Sequence record: DRR723986_638
Strand: one strand, 5' to 3'
Length of the DNA stretch: 57,169 nucleotides
Every line of letters starts with the position of its first letter. The first letter of the stretch is position 1. Below the pieces are notes generated by a model. That model saw only the letters and a program-made list of their open reading frames with translations, was not told the origin of the DNA and did no database searches. Made by a program: the position numbers and the translations under genes. Below are positions 47,326-56,726 of this stretch, piece after piece.

Positions 47326-48450
47326 ATGGCGGAGAATCAGGACGGACAAGAACGCACAGAAGAGGCCTCCGCCAAGAAACTGGCCGATGCCCGCAAAAAA
47401 GGTCAGGTTGCCCGCTCCAAGGAATTAGCCACGATGATGGTCACCATGGCCGGTGCGCTAATGCTGATTGCCACAGGTGGGCAACTGGCGCAGTCCATGC
47501 AGGGCATTATGCGCGGTAGCTTCTCACCGTCGTTTTTGCTCAGCCCCACGGAAAGCCTTCCCAGCCAACTCTACGGGTTGTTGGTGCATGGGCTGCTGTC
47601 GATCTGGCCGCTGATGTTGGCGACCCTGCTGGCGGCCATTGTCGCCAATGTGGTGCTGGGCGGCTGGACCTTCAACCTGAGTTTCAAGTTCGATCGCCTC
47701 GACCCGATCAAGGGGCTGGGCAAGCTGTTTTCCGTGCGCAGCCTGGGCGAGTTGGTGAAGTCCATTGCCAAAATGGCCTTTATCGGTCTGGCCGCCTTCT
47801 TAGTGCTGCAATTCATGGCCGAGGATATTCTCGGCCTGGGTTTGCAAGACCCTCGGCAGAGTATTGCTAACAGTGCGGCCTTGCTGGACTGGTTCTTTCT
47901 TATTGTCAGTTTGCCCCTGGTGGTTATCGCCGCGATCGATGTGCCCTGGCAGCTATGGAATTACAAGAAGGAACTGCGCATGACGCGCCAGGAAGTTCGC
48001 GATGAGCACAAAGAGTCAGATGGCCGCCCGGAAGTGAAAGCCAAGCTGCGGGAGATGCAGCAGGCCGCCGCGCGTCAGCGCATGATGGAGAAGGTGCCAA
48101 CCGCCGACGTGGTCATTACCAACCCAACCCACTTCGCTGTGGCGCTGCGCTACGACGAAGCCCGCTCTTCCGCGCCAGTGTTGGTGGCCAAAGGCGCCGA
48201 TCAGGTAGCCGCGCGAATTCGCGAACTGGCCAAGGACAATGCGGTAACCATCGTGGAATCACCGCGATTAGCGCGGGCGGTATTCGCCAGTACAGAGCTG
48301 GATGCAGAAATTCCTGCCGGGCTGTATTTGGCGGTCGCGCAAATATTGACCTACGTCTATCAACTGCGCAGCTGGCAGACCATGGGTGGTGAATACCCTG
48401 TGGCGCCCGAGCCTGAAATAGATGATGTGTATTTAAAGGATCTGCTCTAG
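47326..48450 (+). CDS. flhB: Export switch protein
   Basis: ARKKGQVARSKEL; NPTH autocleavage motif. Confidence 0.97.
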   Translation: MAENQDGQERTEEASAKKLADARKKGQVARSKELATMMVTMAGALMLIATGGQLAQSMQGIMRGSFSPSFLLSPTESLPSQLYGLLVHGLLSIWPLMLATLLAAIVANVVLGGWTFNLSFKFDRLDPIKGLGKLFSVRSLGELVKSIAKMAFIGLAAFLVLQFMAEDILGLGLQDPRQSIANSAALLDWFFLIVSLPLVVIAAIDVPWQLWNYKKELRMTRQEVRDEHKESDGRPEVKAKLREMQQAAARQRMMEKVPTADVVITNPTHFAVALRYDEARSSAPVLVAKGADQVAARIRELAKDNAVTIVESPRLARAVFASTELDAEIPAGLYLAVAQILTYVYQLRSWQTMGGEYPVAPEPEIDDVYLKDLL

Positions 48451-48482
48451 GGCAGTGATCAACCGATAATCGAGAGTATGTG

Positions 48483-50585
48483 ATGGCGACTCAACAACTG
48501 ACCATGCCCAACTGGGCACAGGGCATCGCAAGTAGCGGAATCGGCGTGTTGGCACTGATGATGGCCTGCTTGGCCATGTTGGTCATCCCCATGCCGCCGT
48601 TCCTGCTGGACTTGCTGTTTACCTTCAATATCGCCTTGTCACTGGTCATTATTCTGGCGGTCATTTACATCGAGCGGCCGATTGATTTCTCGGTTTTCCC
48701 AACGGTGTTGCTGTTGGCAACGCTGCTGAGACTGGCCCTCAATGTGGCATCTACCCGTGTGGTATTGCTCGAGGGGCACACTGGACCCGGGGCCGCTGGC
48801 AAAGTGATTGAGTCCTTTGGCGAGTTCGTTATCGGCGGCAATTACGTGGTCGGGATGGTGGTATTTATCATTCTGGTGGTGATCAACTTCGTCGTCGTGA
48901 CCAAGGGTGCCGGCCGGGTGTCTGAAGTGACGGCGCGCTTTACCCTCGATGCCATGCCGGGAAAACAAATGGCCATCGATTCCGATTTGAACGCCGGTAT
49001 TCTCAGCCAAGAAGAGGCCAGCATTCGCCGCGAGGAAGTGCGAACGGAAGCTGACTTCTACGGCTCCATGGACGGTGCCAGTAAGTTCGTTCGCGGCGAT
49101 GCGGTCGCCGGGATCCTGATTCTATTTATTAACGTGATCGGCGGCTTGGGGGTGGGCGTTGGCCAGCACGACCTGAGCTTCTCCCAGGCGATGCATAACT
49201 ACACCCTGCTGACCATCGGTGACGGCCTCGTCGCGCAGTTGCCCTCGCTGCTGCTGTCGACCGCTGTTGCGATCATCGTGACGCGTATTTCCCGGCCGCA
49301 AAATATGGGTGAGCAAGTCGTCGGGCAAATGGCGGCCAAGCCCGAAGTGCTCTACCTGTCTGCGGCGGTGCTGGGCATGATTGGCATCATTCCCGGCATG
49401 CCTAATGTGGTGTTTTTGCTGCTGGCCGGTACCTGCGGCGGCGCAGGCTGGTTAATTGCCCAGCGCGCCAAAAAACCGGCGGTGGTGGAGGAGCTTCCCG
49501 ATACTGAACCTGCGCCTGAGGCACAGGAGCCCAGCGAGCTGAACTGGGATGAGGTGACGCAGATGGATGTGGTGAGCCTGGAAGTGGGCTATCGCCTTAT
49601 TCCTCTGGTTGACCGAAACCAAGGCGGTGAGCTGATCACCCGCATTACCGGGGTGCGCAAAAAGCTATCCAAGGACCTGGGTTTCTTGGTTCAGCCGGTT
49701 CACATTCGCGACAACCTGGAGCTTTCACCGGGCAGCTACCGCGTGCAATTGCTCGGTGACAGCGTCGCCCAGGGCGAAATACAAGTGGGCAAGGAATTGG
49801 CGATAAACCCCGGTGGTGCTCAGCCCGGATTAACCGGCATGCCAACCAAAGACCCCGCCTTCGGTATGGATGCAATATGGATTGACCCCAGCCAGCGCGA
49901 TCAGGCGCAGACGCTCGGCTATACCGTTGTCGACCCCTGTACCGTGGTGGCGACGCACCTCAGCCAGGTGGTGAAGCAGCACGCTCACGAGCTACTGGGG
50001 CACGAGGAAGTTCAGCAACTGCTCGACCGCCTGGCGAGCAGCGATCCTAAATTGGTTGAATCGCTGGTTCCCCAGCAACTGCCACTCAGCGTGGTTGTGA
50101 AGGTGTTGCAAAACCTCCTGAAAGAGAACGTATCGATTCGCAGTATTCGCCTGATCGCCGAATCTTTGGCGGAGCAAGCGCCGCGTAGCAAAAATCCTGA
50201 CGAATTATTGGAGGGAGTTCGGGTCTCGCTTGGGCGGATGATTGTTCAGGAAATCAATGGCTTAGAGGAAGAGTTGCCCGTTGTGGCGCTGGACGCGGAT
50301 CTGGAACAGATGTTGCAGGATATGGTGAGAGGTGGCGCTGGAGCCATTGGTTTGGAACCCGGCATTGCCGAGCGGATTCAACGCGAGTTGGCGGAATTCA
50401 GCAATCGTCAGGAACTGGCCGGTCAGCCCTCGGTGGTATTGGTATCACCCTCGATTCGGGCATGGTTGTCGCGCTTTACGCGACGGAGTGTACCGGCACT
50501 TCACGTGCTGTCGTACAACGAGGTGCCAGACAGTAAAGAGGTTCACCTGCTATCGACGATCGGACAGCAGGCGCGACTGACCTAA
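48483..50585 (+). CDS. flhA: Export gate protein
   Basis: EVTARFTLDAMPGKQMAID; DFYGSMDGASKFVRGDA. Confidence 0.98.
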   Translation: MATQQLTMPNWAQGIASSGIGVLALMMACLAMLVIPMPPFLLDLLFTFNIALSLVIILAVIYIERPIDFSVFPTVLLLATLLRLALNVASTRVVLLEGHTGPGAAGKVIESFGEFVIGGNYVVGMVVFIILVVINFVVVTKGAGRVSEVTARFTLDAMPGKQMAIDSDLNAGILSQEEASIRREEVRTEADFYGSMDGASKFVRGDAVAGILILFINVIGGLGVGVGQHDLSFSQAMHNYTLLTIGDGLVAQLPSLLLSTAVAIIVTRISRPQNMGEQVVGQMAAKPEVLYLSAAVLGMIGIIPGMPNVVFLLLAGTCGGAGWLIAQRAKKPAVVEELPDTEPAPEAQEPSELNWDEVTQMDVVSLEVGYRLIPLVDRNQGGELITRITGVRKKLSKDLGFLVQPVHIRDNLELSPGSYRVQLLGDSVAQGEIQVGKELAINPGGAQPGLTGMPTKDPAFGMDAIWIDPSQRDQAQTLGYTVVDPCTVVATHLSQVVKQHAHELLGHEEVQQLLDRLASSDPKLVESLVPQQLPLSVVVKVLQNLLKENVSIRSIRLIAESLAEQAPRSKNPDELLEGVRVSLGRMIVQEINGLEEELPVVALDADLEQMLQDMVRGGAGAIGLEPGIAERIQRELAEFSNRQELAGQPSVVLVSPSIRAWLSRFTRRSVPALHVLSYNEVPDSKEVHLLSTIGQQARLT

Positions 50586-50612
50586 AAGGTGTTAGCTCAG
50601 CGGGAGCAGTAG

Positions 50613-51830
50613 ATGAACGTTAAAAAATATCGGGCAGCAGACAGTGAACAGGCCATGCGGATGATTCGCGCGGCACATGGCCCCGATGCGGTAATCCTCG
50701 ACTGCCAGTCCGTGGCCGGCGGTGTGGAGCTGGTGGTGAGCTGGGAAGGTGAACCGTCGCTGCCGACCGCGACTGATGCCGACAAAGAACGAACCGCGTT
50801 AGATGCCTTGCGCTCACGTCGCGAACAGGCCGAGAGCCCCGCACCCGCCGCTCGCCAGGAGGCAGTGAGCGGCGCTTCCGGGCCGCAATTGGCGTGGTCG
50901 CAAAACGATGAGTTGCACGACTTGAAACAAGAGCTGGCCGCCATGAAATCGATGCTGATGAGCCAGCTCAAGGACAACAATTGGCAGCAGCTAACCGCCA
51001 AGCAGCCGGCCCAGAAGTCGAGCCACCAAATGCTGTCGGCCATGGACATCGACCCCAGCATTGCTGAGAGCCTGCAGCGTGAATTACCCAGCGATGAAAG
51101 CGAGGCGGTGCAGCGAGAAATGCTAAAAATGCTGCTGGTGCGCCAGCTGCCTATTAGCGAGCCGCCGCGTACCGGCGCCATTTGCCTGTTGGGCCCCCAG
51201 GGCGCGGGCAAGACCACCACGATTGCGAAGTTGGCGGCTCAGCACGTGATGCAGCACGGCCGTGATGATATCGCTATTTTAACCACCGACAGTGGTCGCG
51301 TAGGCGCTCAGGAGCAGCTGCGCGCCTACGGTCGAATTTTACAAATTCCGGTTCACAGTGCAGACAGCCCGCAAGAAGCGGCGCGAACATTTCGGGTGTT
51401 GCAGAAGAAGTCGCTGGTATTGATTGATACCGCTGGGCTGTCCTTCCGCGACCACGAGGGCCTGGACGAACTCGAAAAATTACTTGCAGGACTCGGTGGC
51501 GCCCATTGTTACCTGACGCTGCCTGCCGATGTGGAAGCCTATGTTCAAAGTGAAATTATCGATGCCTACAGTCGCTCCAATTTAGCGGGGGTGGTGATTA
51601 GTCGTATCGATGAGGCAATGCGACTGGGCGGATTACTGTCGAACCTGATTCAGCACCGCCTGCCGGCGGTGTGGTGTACCAACGGGCCGAAAGTGCCGCA
51701 AAACCTCTGTGTTGCCGACGCGGGCAAGTTGGTGAATATGGCCATGAAAATGGCGATGAGCTTTACTCCGCCAGCGCGCCGCCAGGCCGCTGATAGCGGT
51801 CGCGCTCAGCATATTGGTGTGCAGGCATGA
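50613..51830 (+). CDS. flhF: SRP-family GTPase for polar flagellum placement
   Basis: GPDAVIL N-terminus; GPQGAGKTTTIAKLAA; DTAG. Confidence 0.92.
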   Translation: MNVKKYRAADSEQAMRMIRAAHGPDAVILDCQSVAGGVELVVSWEGEPSLPTATDADKERTALDALRSRREQAESPAPAARQEAVSGASGPQLAWSQNDELHDLKQELAAMKSMLMSQLKDNNWQQLTAKQPAQKSSHQMLSAMDIDPSIAESLQRELPSDESEAVQREMLKMLLVRQLPISEPPRTGAICLLGPQGAGKTTTIAKLAAQHVMQHGRDDIAILTTDSGRVGAQEQLRAYGRILQIPVHSADSPQEAARTFRVLQKKSLVLIDTAGLSFRDHEGLDELEKLLAGLGGAHCYLTLPADVEAYVQSEIIDAYSRSNLAGVVISRIDEAMRLGGLLSNLIQHRLPAVWCTNGPKVPQNLCVADAGKLVNMAMKMAMSFTPPARRQAADSGRAQHIGVQA

Positions 51831-51928
51831 CTCGGGTAAATACCGATGTTCAAGCTATAGTTGCTAGGGCAGGCTTTGGACATTGCCTCAGTGCTGCCCA
51901 GGTCTCAGTGACACAACAAGGACAAAAC

Positions 51929-52756
51929 ATGAACCCAGTAAAAGTAATTGCAGTAAGTAGCGGAAAGGGCGGTGTGGGAAAAACCAATGTTTCCGTTAAC
52001 CTGGCTTGCCAACTGGCACGGCGCAACCGCCGCGTGTTACTGATGGATGCCGACCTGGGCTTGGCGAATGTAGACATCATGCTCGGCTTGCGGCCCAAGT
52101 GGAATCTTTCCCATGTGCTGGAAGGCCAGTGCGATATTCAGGATATTTTGATGCCGGGACCCAGCGGCATATCCATTATTCCTGCGGCCTCGGGCATTAA
52201 GAAAATGGCTGAGCTGGGCAGCGACCAGCACGGCGCCATTGTTCGTGCGCTCAGCGGCTTGAACGATGACTACGACGTATTGGTTGTCGATACCGCGGCG
52301 GGTATTTCCGACAGTGTGATTACCTTTAGCCAGGCCAGCCAGTATGTGTTGGTTGTGGTGACTGACGAGCTCACGTCAATGGCCGATGCCTATGCGTTGA
52401 TTAAAGTGATGAGCCGCGACGCGGGTATCAAGCGTTTCAAAGTGCTGCGTAACATGGTGGATAGCCACGATCAGGCACGCGATGGCTTCGAGCGCCTCAA
52501 CGAAGTGGCGCAACGCTTTCTGGATGTCACACTTGAATACGCGGGCTTTATCCCCCGAGACCGTTTTCTGGTGAAGGCGGATGCCAAGCAGCAGGCAGTG
52601 AGTGAGCTCTATCCGGGTGCCGATGCCTCACTGGCCTTTCGCAAACTTGCGGAAACCGTCGACAAATGGCCCATTCCAAGCGGCCCCAGTGGCAACCTGG
52701 AATTCTTCGTCGATAGAATGATGCAGCCCGAGGCTCTGAGAGGAGTTGCCGTGTGA
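51929..52756 (+). CDS. fleN: MinD-like flagellar number regulator FleN/FlhG
   Basis: SGKGGVGKTN, DADLGLANVD, DTAAGI and DAYALIK motifs; AAGGA RBS before ATG 51929. Confidence 0.94.
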   Translation: MNPVKVIAVSSGKGGVGKTNVSVNLACQLARRNRRVLLMDADLGLANVDIMLGLRPKWNLSHVLEGQCDIQDILMPGPSGISIIPAASGIKKMAELGSDQHGAIVRALSGLNDDYDVLVVDTAAGISDSVITFSQASQYVLVVVTDELTSMADAYALIKVMSRDAGIKRFKVLRNMVDSHDQARDGFERLNEVAQRFLDVTLEYAGFIPRDRFLVKADAKQQAVSELYPGADASLAFRKLAETVDKWPIPSGPSGNLEFFVDRMMQPEALRGVAV

Positions 52757-53478
52757 GTGGTCACGCTGCTTACCTCGATGTGCAGGTGGGCAATCGCGAC
52801 GAGTTAGTGACGCGTCATGCGCCGTTGGTAAAGCGCATCGCCTATCACCTTGTCAGCCGCCTGCCAGCCAGTGTGGAGGTCGATGACCTGATCCAGGCGG
52901 GGATGATCGGCTTGCTTGAAGCAGCCAGTCATTTTCAAGCGGGGCAGGGGGCGAGTTTTGAAACCTACGCGAGTATTCGCATTCGCGGCGCGATGATCGA
53001 TCAAATGCGCCAGGGCGCCTGGGCGCCGCGCTCGGTAAGCCGCCAATTGCGCGAACTGTCGGCGGCGGTGACGCGCGCCGAAGCCAAACTGGGGCGCGAA
53101 GCCCAGGCCGCCGATATTGCCGCAGAGATGGGCATTGATATTAACGAATACCATGAGCTGCTGCGCGATACGTCTGGCGTACGCTTGTTTAGCCTGGAGC
53201 AAGCCGGGGAGGGCGGCCAGGAATTCAGCGCCGATGCCGAGCTGGATGAAAACCCGTTGCGCGACCTTGAAGATGAAGGCTTGCAGCGCGCCTTGGCGTC
53301 TCAGATTGACGCGCTGCCAGAGCGAGAGAAGCTGGTCATGGCGCTGTATTACGACAAGGGCCTGAACTTGAAAGAAATTGGTGAGGTCCTGGAAGTGAGC
53401 GAGTCGCGTGTCTGCCAAATCCATAGTCAGGCAGTCGTGCGATTAAAAAGCCGCCTCGGCGACTGGCTGGCAGCATAG
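52753..53478 (+). CDS. fliA: RNA polymerase sigma28
   Basis: RLPASVEVDDLIQAGMIGL; LNLKEIGEVLEVSESRVCQIHSQA. Confidence 0.97.
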   Translation: MSGHAAYLDVQVGNRDELVTRHAPLVKRIAYHLVSRLPASVEVDDLIQAGMIGLLEAASHFQAGQGASFETYASIRIRGAMIDQMRQGAWAPRSVSRQLRELSAAVTRAEAKLGREAQAADIAAEMGIDINEYHELLRDTSGVRLFSLEQAGEGGQEFSADAELDENPLRDLEDEGLQRALASQIDALPEREKLVMALYYDKGLNLKEIGEVLEVSESRVCQIHSQAVVRLKSRLGDWLAA

Positions 53479-53493
53479 GACGCGGAGGTCGCA

Positions 53494-53919
53494 ATGCAAG
53501 AAGCCCCACAAGCAATGTTGGTCGCCTGGTTTAGTCAGCTGGATGACCTGACGGTGTTAGGCATTTTAATGAGCGTGGCTGGTGCGGCCATTCTGCTTTA
53601 CCTGTGGCAGGGGCGGCGCTCCAAGGCCGAACATATTGAGCTGGCTTTACGTGAGGAGATCGGCGGCCTGCAGCGTAAAATCGATGACCAGGCCAGTGCA
53701 CTGTCGGTTCTCGGTGAGCGGGTATTGGCGCTGGAAGAATATTTAGAGTTAGTGGGGCACCGCCAGCAGCAGATCGAAAGCGAAAAGCGCGATCCGCGCT
53801 TTTACCAACAGGCGATTCGCATGGCCGACCAAGGGCTCGATGTTCAGGCATTGATCGAGCGCTGTGGTGTGAGCCGCTCCGAAGCCGAGTTAATTGCGGC
53901 CATGCGCAGTACGCGCTAA
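53494..53919 (+). CDS. DUF2802-family membrane-anchored protein
   Basis: N-terminal TM, coiled coil and YQQAIRMA..G.....LIERCGVSRSEAELI C-terminal motif. Confidence 0.8.
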   Translation: MQEAPQAMLVAWFSQLDDLTVLGILMSVAGAAILLYLWQGRRSKAEHIELALREEIGGLQRKIDDQASALSVLGERVLALEEYLELVGHRQQQIESEKRDPRFYQQAIRMADQGLDVQALIERCGVSRSEAELIAAMRSTR

Positions 53920-54254
53920 GGCTCGCGTTCGCTGTCATCCTCTGCCTGATAGACCGTCCCGCTGTCGTGACGGTAGTAGTAATCCTTCGGTACTTGTCCT
54001 TTCAGGCGGTAGGCAAAGGCGATGATTTCCGCCACGGCCACGTACATAAATGGCGGCACTTCGCTATCTAAATCCACTCTGCTAAGCAGCTGCAAGAGCT
54101 GTGTATCTTGGTAGATGGGAACATCATTTTCCTCCGCTAACGCAAGAATCTTCGCCGCGACGCTGCCTTCGCCTTTGGCGCTGACAGTGGGGGCATTACT
54201 GCCGTCGTAATGGAGGGAAACGGCGATACTGCCGTGATTATCCTGTGTGCTCAT
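53916..54254 (-). CDS. Stand-alone FlhB C-terminal-like (EscU/YscU/HrcU family) protein
   Basis: AVSLHYD..APTVSAKG.G..A.KI..A....VP...EVPP..Y.AVAEI. Confidence 0.9.
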   Translation of the reverse strand: MSTQDNHGSIAVSLHYDGSNAPTVSAKGEGSVAAKILALAEENDVPIYQDTQLLQLLSRVDLDSEVPPFMYVAVAEIIAFAYRLKGQVPKDYYYRHDSGTVYQAEDDSEREP

Positions 54255-55585
54255 GCGTGGTCATCCAGTAGAGAAGACACGAACGAACGGCTGCCTGAAG
54301 CGCTTGGGTTTCCGCACTGGCAAACAATATCGGCAATGGGCACTTCCTGGTTTTGTAATTGTTCCCGGAGTACATGCTGATGCCGGTTTAACAGTGCCAG
54401 AGTTTCGGCGTTGCTGGCGGTGAAACGTATCTCGAGTTGTTGATTTACTTCTGCGAGCGTCACTTTCATCGCCCCGAGGCCGGGAAGGTCAAAGCACAAA
54501 TTCAGGGCCCAACCGCGTTGTTGATTGTCGTCTCCGGGGGCATGCGGGTGCTGGGGCGTTTCGCCTGCGTCTCGCTGTCTGGGGGGCTGAAACTGAAACT
54601 GCCAGATGTCGATGCCGTCGTGGTCCTTGATCGGCAGTTCCACCACTCCCGTGGCCTCTCGGCCGGTTTGCAGTTGCACCAGTTGCTGCACATCCAGCCG
54701 GGCCAGAGCGCCGCGAACGTCGCGAAGCAGCCCCTGCTGCGTGACTTCGTGCTGGTTAGCGGCGCTGGGTGGGGTTCGTGGCTGGGGGGAAAGCTGCCCG
54801 GGCAGGTCGGCCGTTTTGCTCGCGCTCAGCGTGCCCTGGTAGGCGCGGTTGCCCTCATTGCGCGGTATGGGTGCGCCTGGCGCTGCAAGGGGGGCGGACG
54901 GGGCTGCCTTGGGGGCGATGTTTGCTCCGGGCTGGGGGCTTGCAGTGTCGCCAGTTGCCTTGCCTGCAACAGTAGCTGTTGGCAGCGGGTAGTTCTTGGC
55001 AAGTGGCGCTTTCGGCGGCGCGGCAGCCTGCTGGTCGAGCTGCGCGGCGAGCTTCAATAGTGCGGCTTTGAAATCGAGGTTTCTCGGTGCATTTTTTAGC
55101 AGCTTGGCCTCAAAAAACTGGCCGCTATTTTGCAGCGCTGTTTTAACGCGCTCACCGTCGCTGAGTTGTTTGCGATGGGGAATGCTGGCCAGTACGGGCG
55201 CCAATAACTTTTGCACTGACGGGGACAGCTGCTGGCTGAGCTGACTGAGGGTGGCCATTAACTGGTTCAAGCCTTGTTGCTGCGGCAGGCGGTCGCGAAG
55301 AATGGGCGCGATATTCACGTCGCCGCGCTGCATTATTCGCAGCTCCGGGCGCTGTTCCGCGTCCCGGCCGACGACCTGAAGCTGGAGTTGCTCGCCTTTT
55401 CTCAGCGGCGTCTGACTTTCGGCCATCATCCGCAAGCTGCCCGACGCAAGCTCGTATAGGTGCTGAGCGCGCTCGCCCAGCACGACCGCATTCATCACTC
55501 GGTCCGGCGCGAGCACCGGGGCAGGGCCTGCAGGCCGGAGAAGGGCGGCGGGCTGAGTGTTGAGGGTAGGATTAATGATCACCAT
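54251..55585 (-). CDS. Second FliK-like hook-length control protein
   Basis: SGQFFEAKL; C-terminal WALNLCFDLPGLGAMKV FliK-C domain; ATGA overlap with the flhB-like gene. Confidence 0.78.
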   Translation of the reverse strand: MVIINPTLNTQPAALLRPAGPAPVLAPDRVMNAVVLGERAQHLYELASGSLRMMAESQTPLRKGEQLQLQVVGRDAEQRPELRIMQRGDVNIAPILRDRLPQQQGLNQLMATLSQLSQQLSPSVQKLLAPVLASIPHRKQLSDGERVKTALQNSGQFFEAKLLKNAPRNLDFKAALLKLAAQLDQQAAAPPKAPLAKNYPLPTATVAGKATGDTASPQPGANIAPKAAPSAPLAAPGAPIPRNEGNRAYQGTLSASKTADLPGQLSPQPRTPPSAANQHEVTQQGLLRDVRGALARLDVQQLVQLQTGREATGVVELPIKDHDGIDIWQFQFQPPRQRDAGETPQHPHAPGDDNQQRGWALNLCFDLPGLGAMKVTLAEVNQQLEIRFTASNAETLALLNRHQHVLREQLQNQEVPIADIVCQCGNPSASGSRSFVSSLLDDHA

Positions 55586-55632
55586 ACCGTGGCCTGGTTG
55601 CGTTAAGGGATTATCGGCAGTCGCCAGTCATG

Positions 55633-55659
55633 ATAACGGCGCGTAATTCTGAAACTTTA
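55633..55659 (-). promoter_or_regulatory. Sigma28 promoter of the fliK-like/flhB-like pair
   Basis: Minus strand TAAA-N15-GCCGTTAT; a second GCCGATAA at 55611-55618. Confidence 0.75.
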
Positions 55660-55672
55660 ATTTTACTGGTAA

Positions 55673-55694
55673 ATTATGTCGCGCGCGATATAAT
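55673..55694. promoter_or_regulatory. Palindromic operator (probable OhrR/OspR-type site) overlapping a TATAAT
   Basis: ATTATGTCGCGCGCGATATAAT, a near-perfect 22-bp palindrome upstream of gpx and the MarR gene. Confidence 0.6.
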
Positions 55695-55758
55695 CGAGAT
55701 GTTGTTTGATTTTTAGGCTATGTATAAGCGTAGCCCCTTATGCGAGGAAGGTAAGATT

Positions 55759-56241
55759 ATGAGTAGTCTTTACGATTTCACAATTAATAGCCTGCAGGGC
55801 AAAGAAATGAACCTGGCCGATTACGCGGGCAAGGTTGTCCTGGTGGTGAATACCGCCAGTAAGTGCGGTTTAACCCCGCAATATGAAGGCTTGCAGGCAC
55901 TCTATGATAAATATGCAGATAAGGGCCTGGTGATTATTGGTTCGCCGTGTAACCAATTTGCCAACCAAGAGCCGGGGGATTCTGAGGCAATTCAGGGCAA
56001 CTGCCTCATCAATTACGGTGTGAGTTTTCCCATTACCGAGAAAATCGAGGTCAATGGTAAGGGCGCGCACCCATTATTCGCTTATTTGAAAAAGGCGGCT
56101 CCTGGCACTTTGACGAATGCAGTAAAATGGAACTTTACTAAGTTCTTAGTGGGTAAAGATGGGCAGCCCATTAAGCGTTATTCCCCAACAACAAAGCCCG
56201 AGCAGCTAGAGGCCGATATTGAAGCTGCGCTACAGGCCTAA
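55759..56241 (+). CDS. Glutathione peroxidase (Cys type)
   Basis: VVNTASKCGLTPQY, PCNQF..QEP and KWNFTKFL motifs. Confidence 0.95.
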   Translation: MSSLYDFTINSLQGKEMNLADYAGKVVLVVNTASKCGLTPQYEGLQALYDKYADKGLVIIGSPCNQFANQEPGDSEAIQGNCLINYGVSFPITEKIEVNGKGAHPLFAYLKKAAPGTLTNAVKWNFTKFLVGKDGQPIKRYSPTTKPEQLEADIEAALQA

Positions 56242-56252
56242 CGAGGTAGAAG

Positions 56253-56726
56253 ATGTCCGACGACGCCGGCTTTCAGGAAAGCATGCCCGAGGAGCTAAAG
56301 CTCGACAATCAGTTGTGCTTCCCGCTGTATGCGGCTTCGCGTTTAGTGACGCGTTTGTACAAAGACCGCCTGGAGCCGCTAGGTATTACTTACCCCCAGT
56401 ACATCGTATTGATGATCCTGTGGGAGGAGGCGCCGTGCCCTGTCAAAACGATTAGTCGCCGGGCAATACTCAATACCAATACCTTGACGCCATTACTTAA
56501 GCGTTTGGAGCAGCAGGGGTATATTAGCCGTCAGCGCGATGGTCAGGACGAGCGGCAGGTGATGGTGCACCTCACCCTGGCGGGACGGGCATTGCGAGAC
56601 CGCTGCGCCTGTGTGCCGTGGGAGCTGTTGCAGTCGTCAGGGGTATCGCTAGAGAAGTTAGTTGCGCTGCGCGAAATGCTCAATGAGGTTCTGCCTGACC
56701 TAAAGCAAACGCTAGAGGGCAGTTAG
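56253..56726 (+). CDS. OhrR/OspR-like MarR peroxide-sensing regulator
   Basis: LDNQLCFPLYAASR, ITYPQY.VL..LWE, TLTPLLKRLE and DERQV motifs. Confidence 0.9.
   Translation: MSDDAGFQESMPEELKLDNQLCFPLYAASRLVTRLYKDRLEPLGITYPQYIVLMILWEEAPCPVKTISRRAILNTNTLTPLLKRLEQQGYISRQRDGQDERQVMVHLTLAGRALRDRCACVPWELLQSSGVSLEKLVALREMLNEVLPDLKQTLEGS

Noticed and set aside
48434-48469. Sigma28 promoter before flhA (ACCGATAA)
   Set aside because: The nearest TAAA is 24 nt away rather than 15, and flhA is an early gene.
36407-54254. Injectisome-type T3SS (EscU/YscU-like gene, export ATPase)
   Set aside because: All components are flagellar in sequence and order; no secretin, needle or translocon genes.
1992-55060. 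Long antisense ORFs (for example 1992-2702, 15852-16544, 36788-37519, 52804-53424, 54437-55060)
   Set aside because: They lie opposite well-supported genes, have no recognisable motifs, and are expected from codon bias in GC-rich DNA.
55759-56241. Selenocysteine glutathione peroxidase
   Set aside because: The active-site codon is TGC (Cys) and there is no in-frame TGA.
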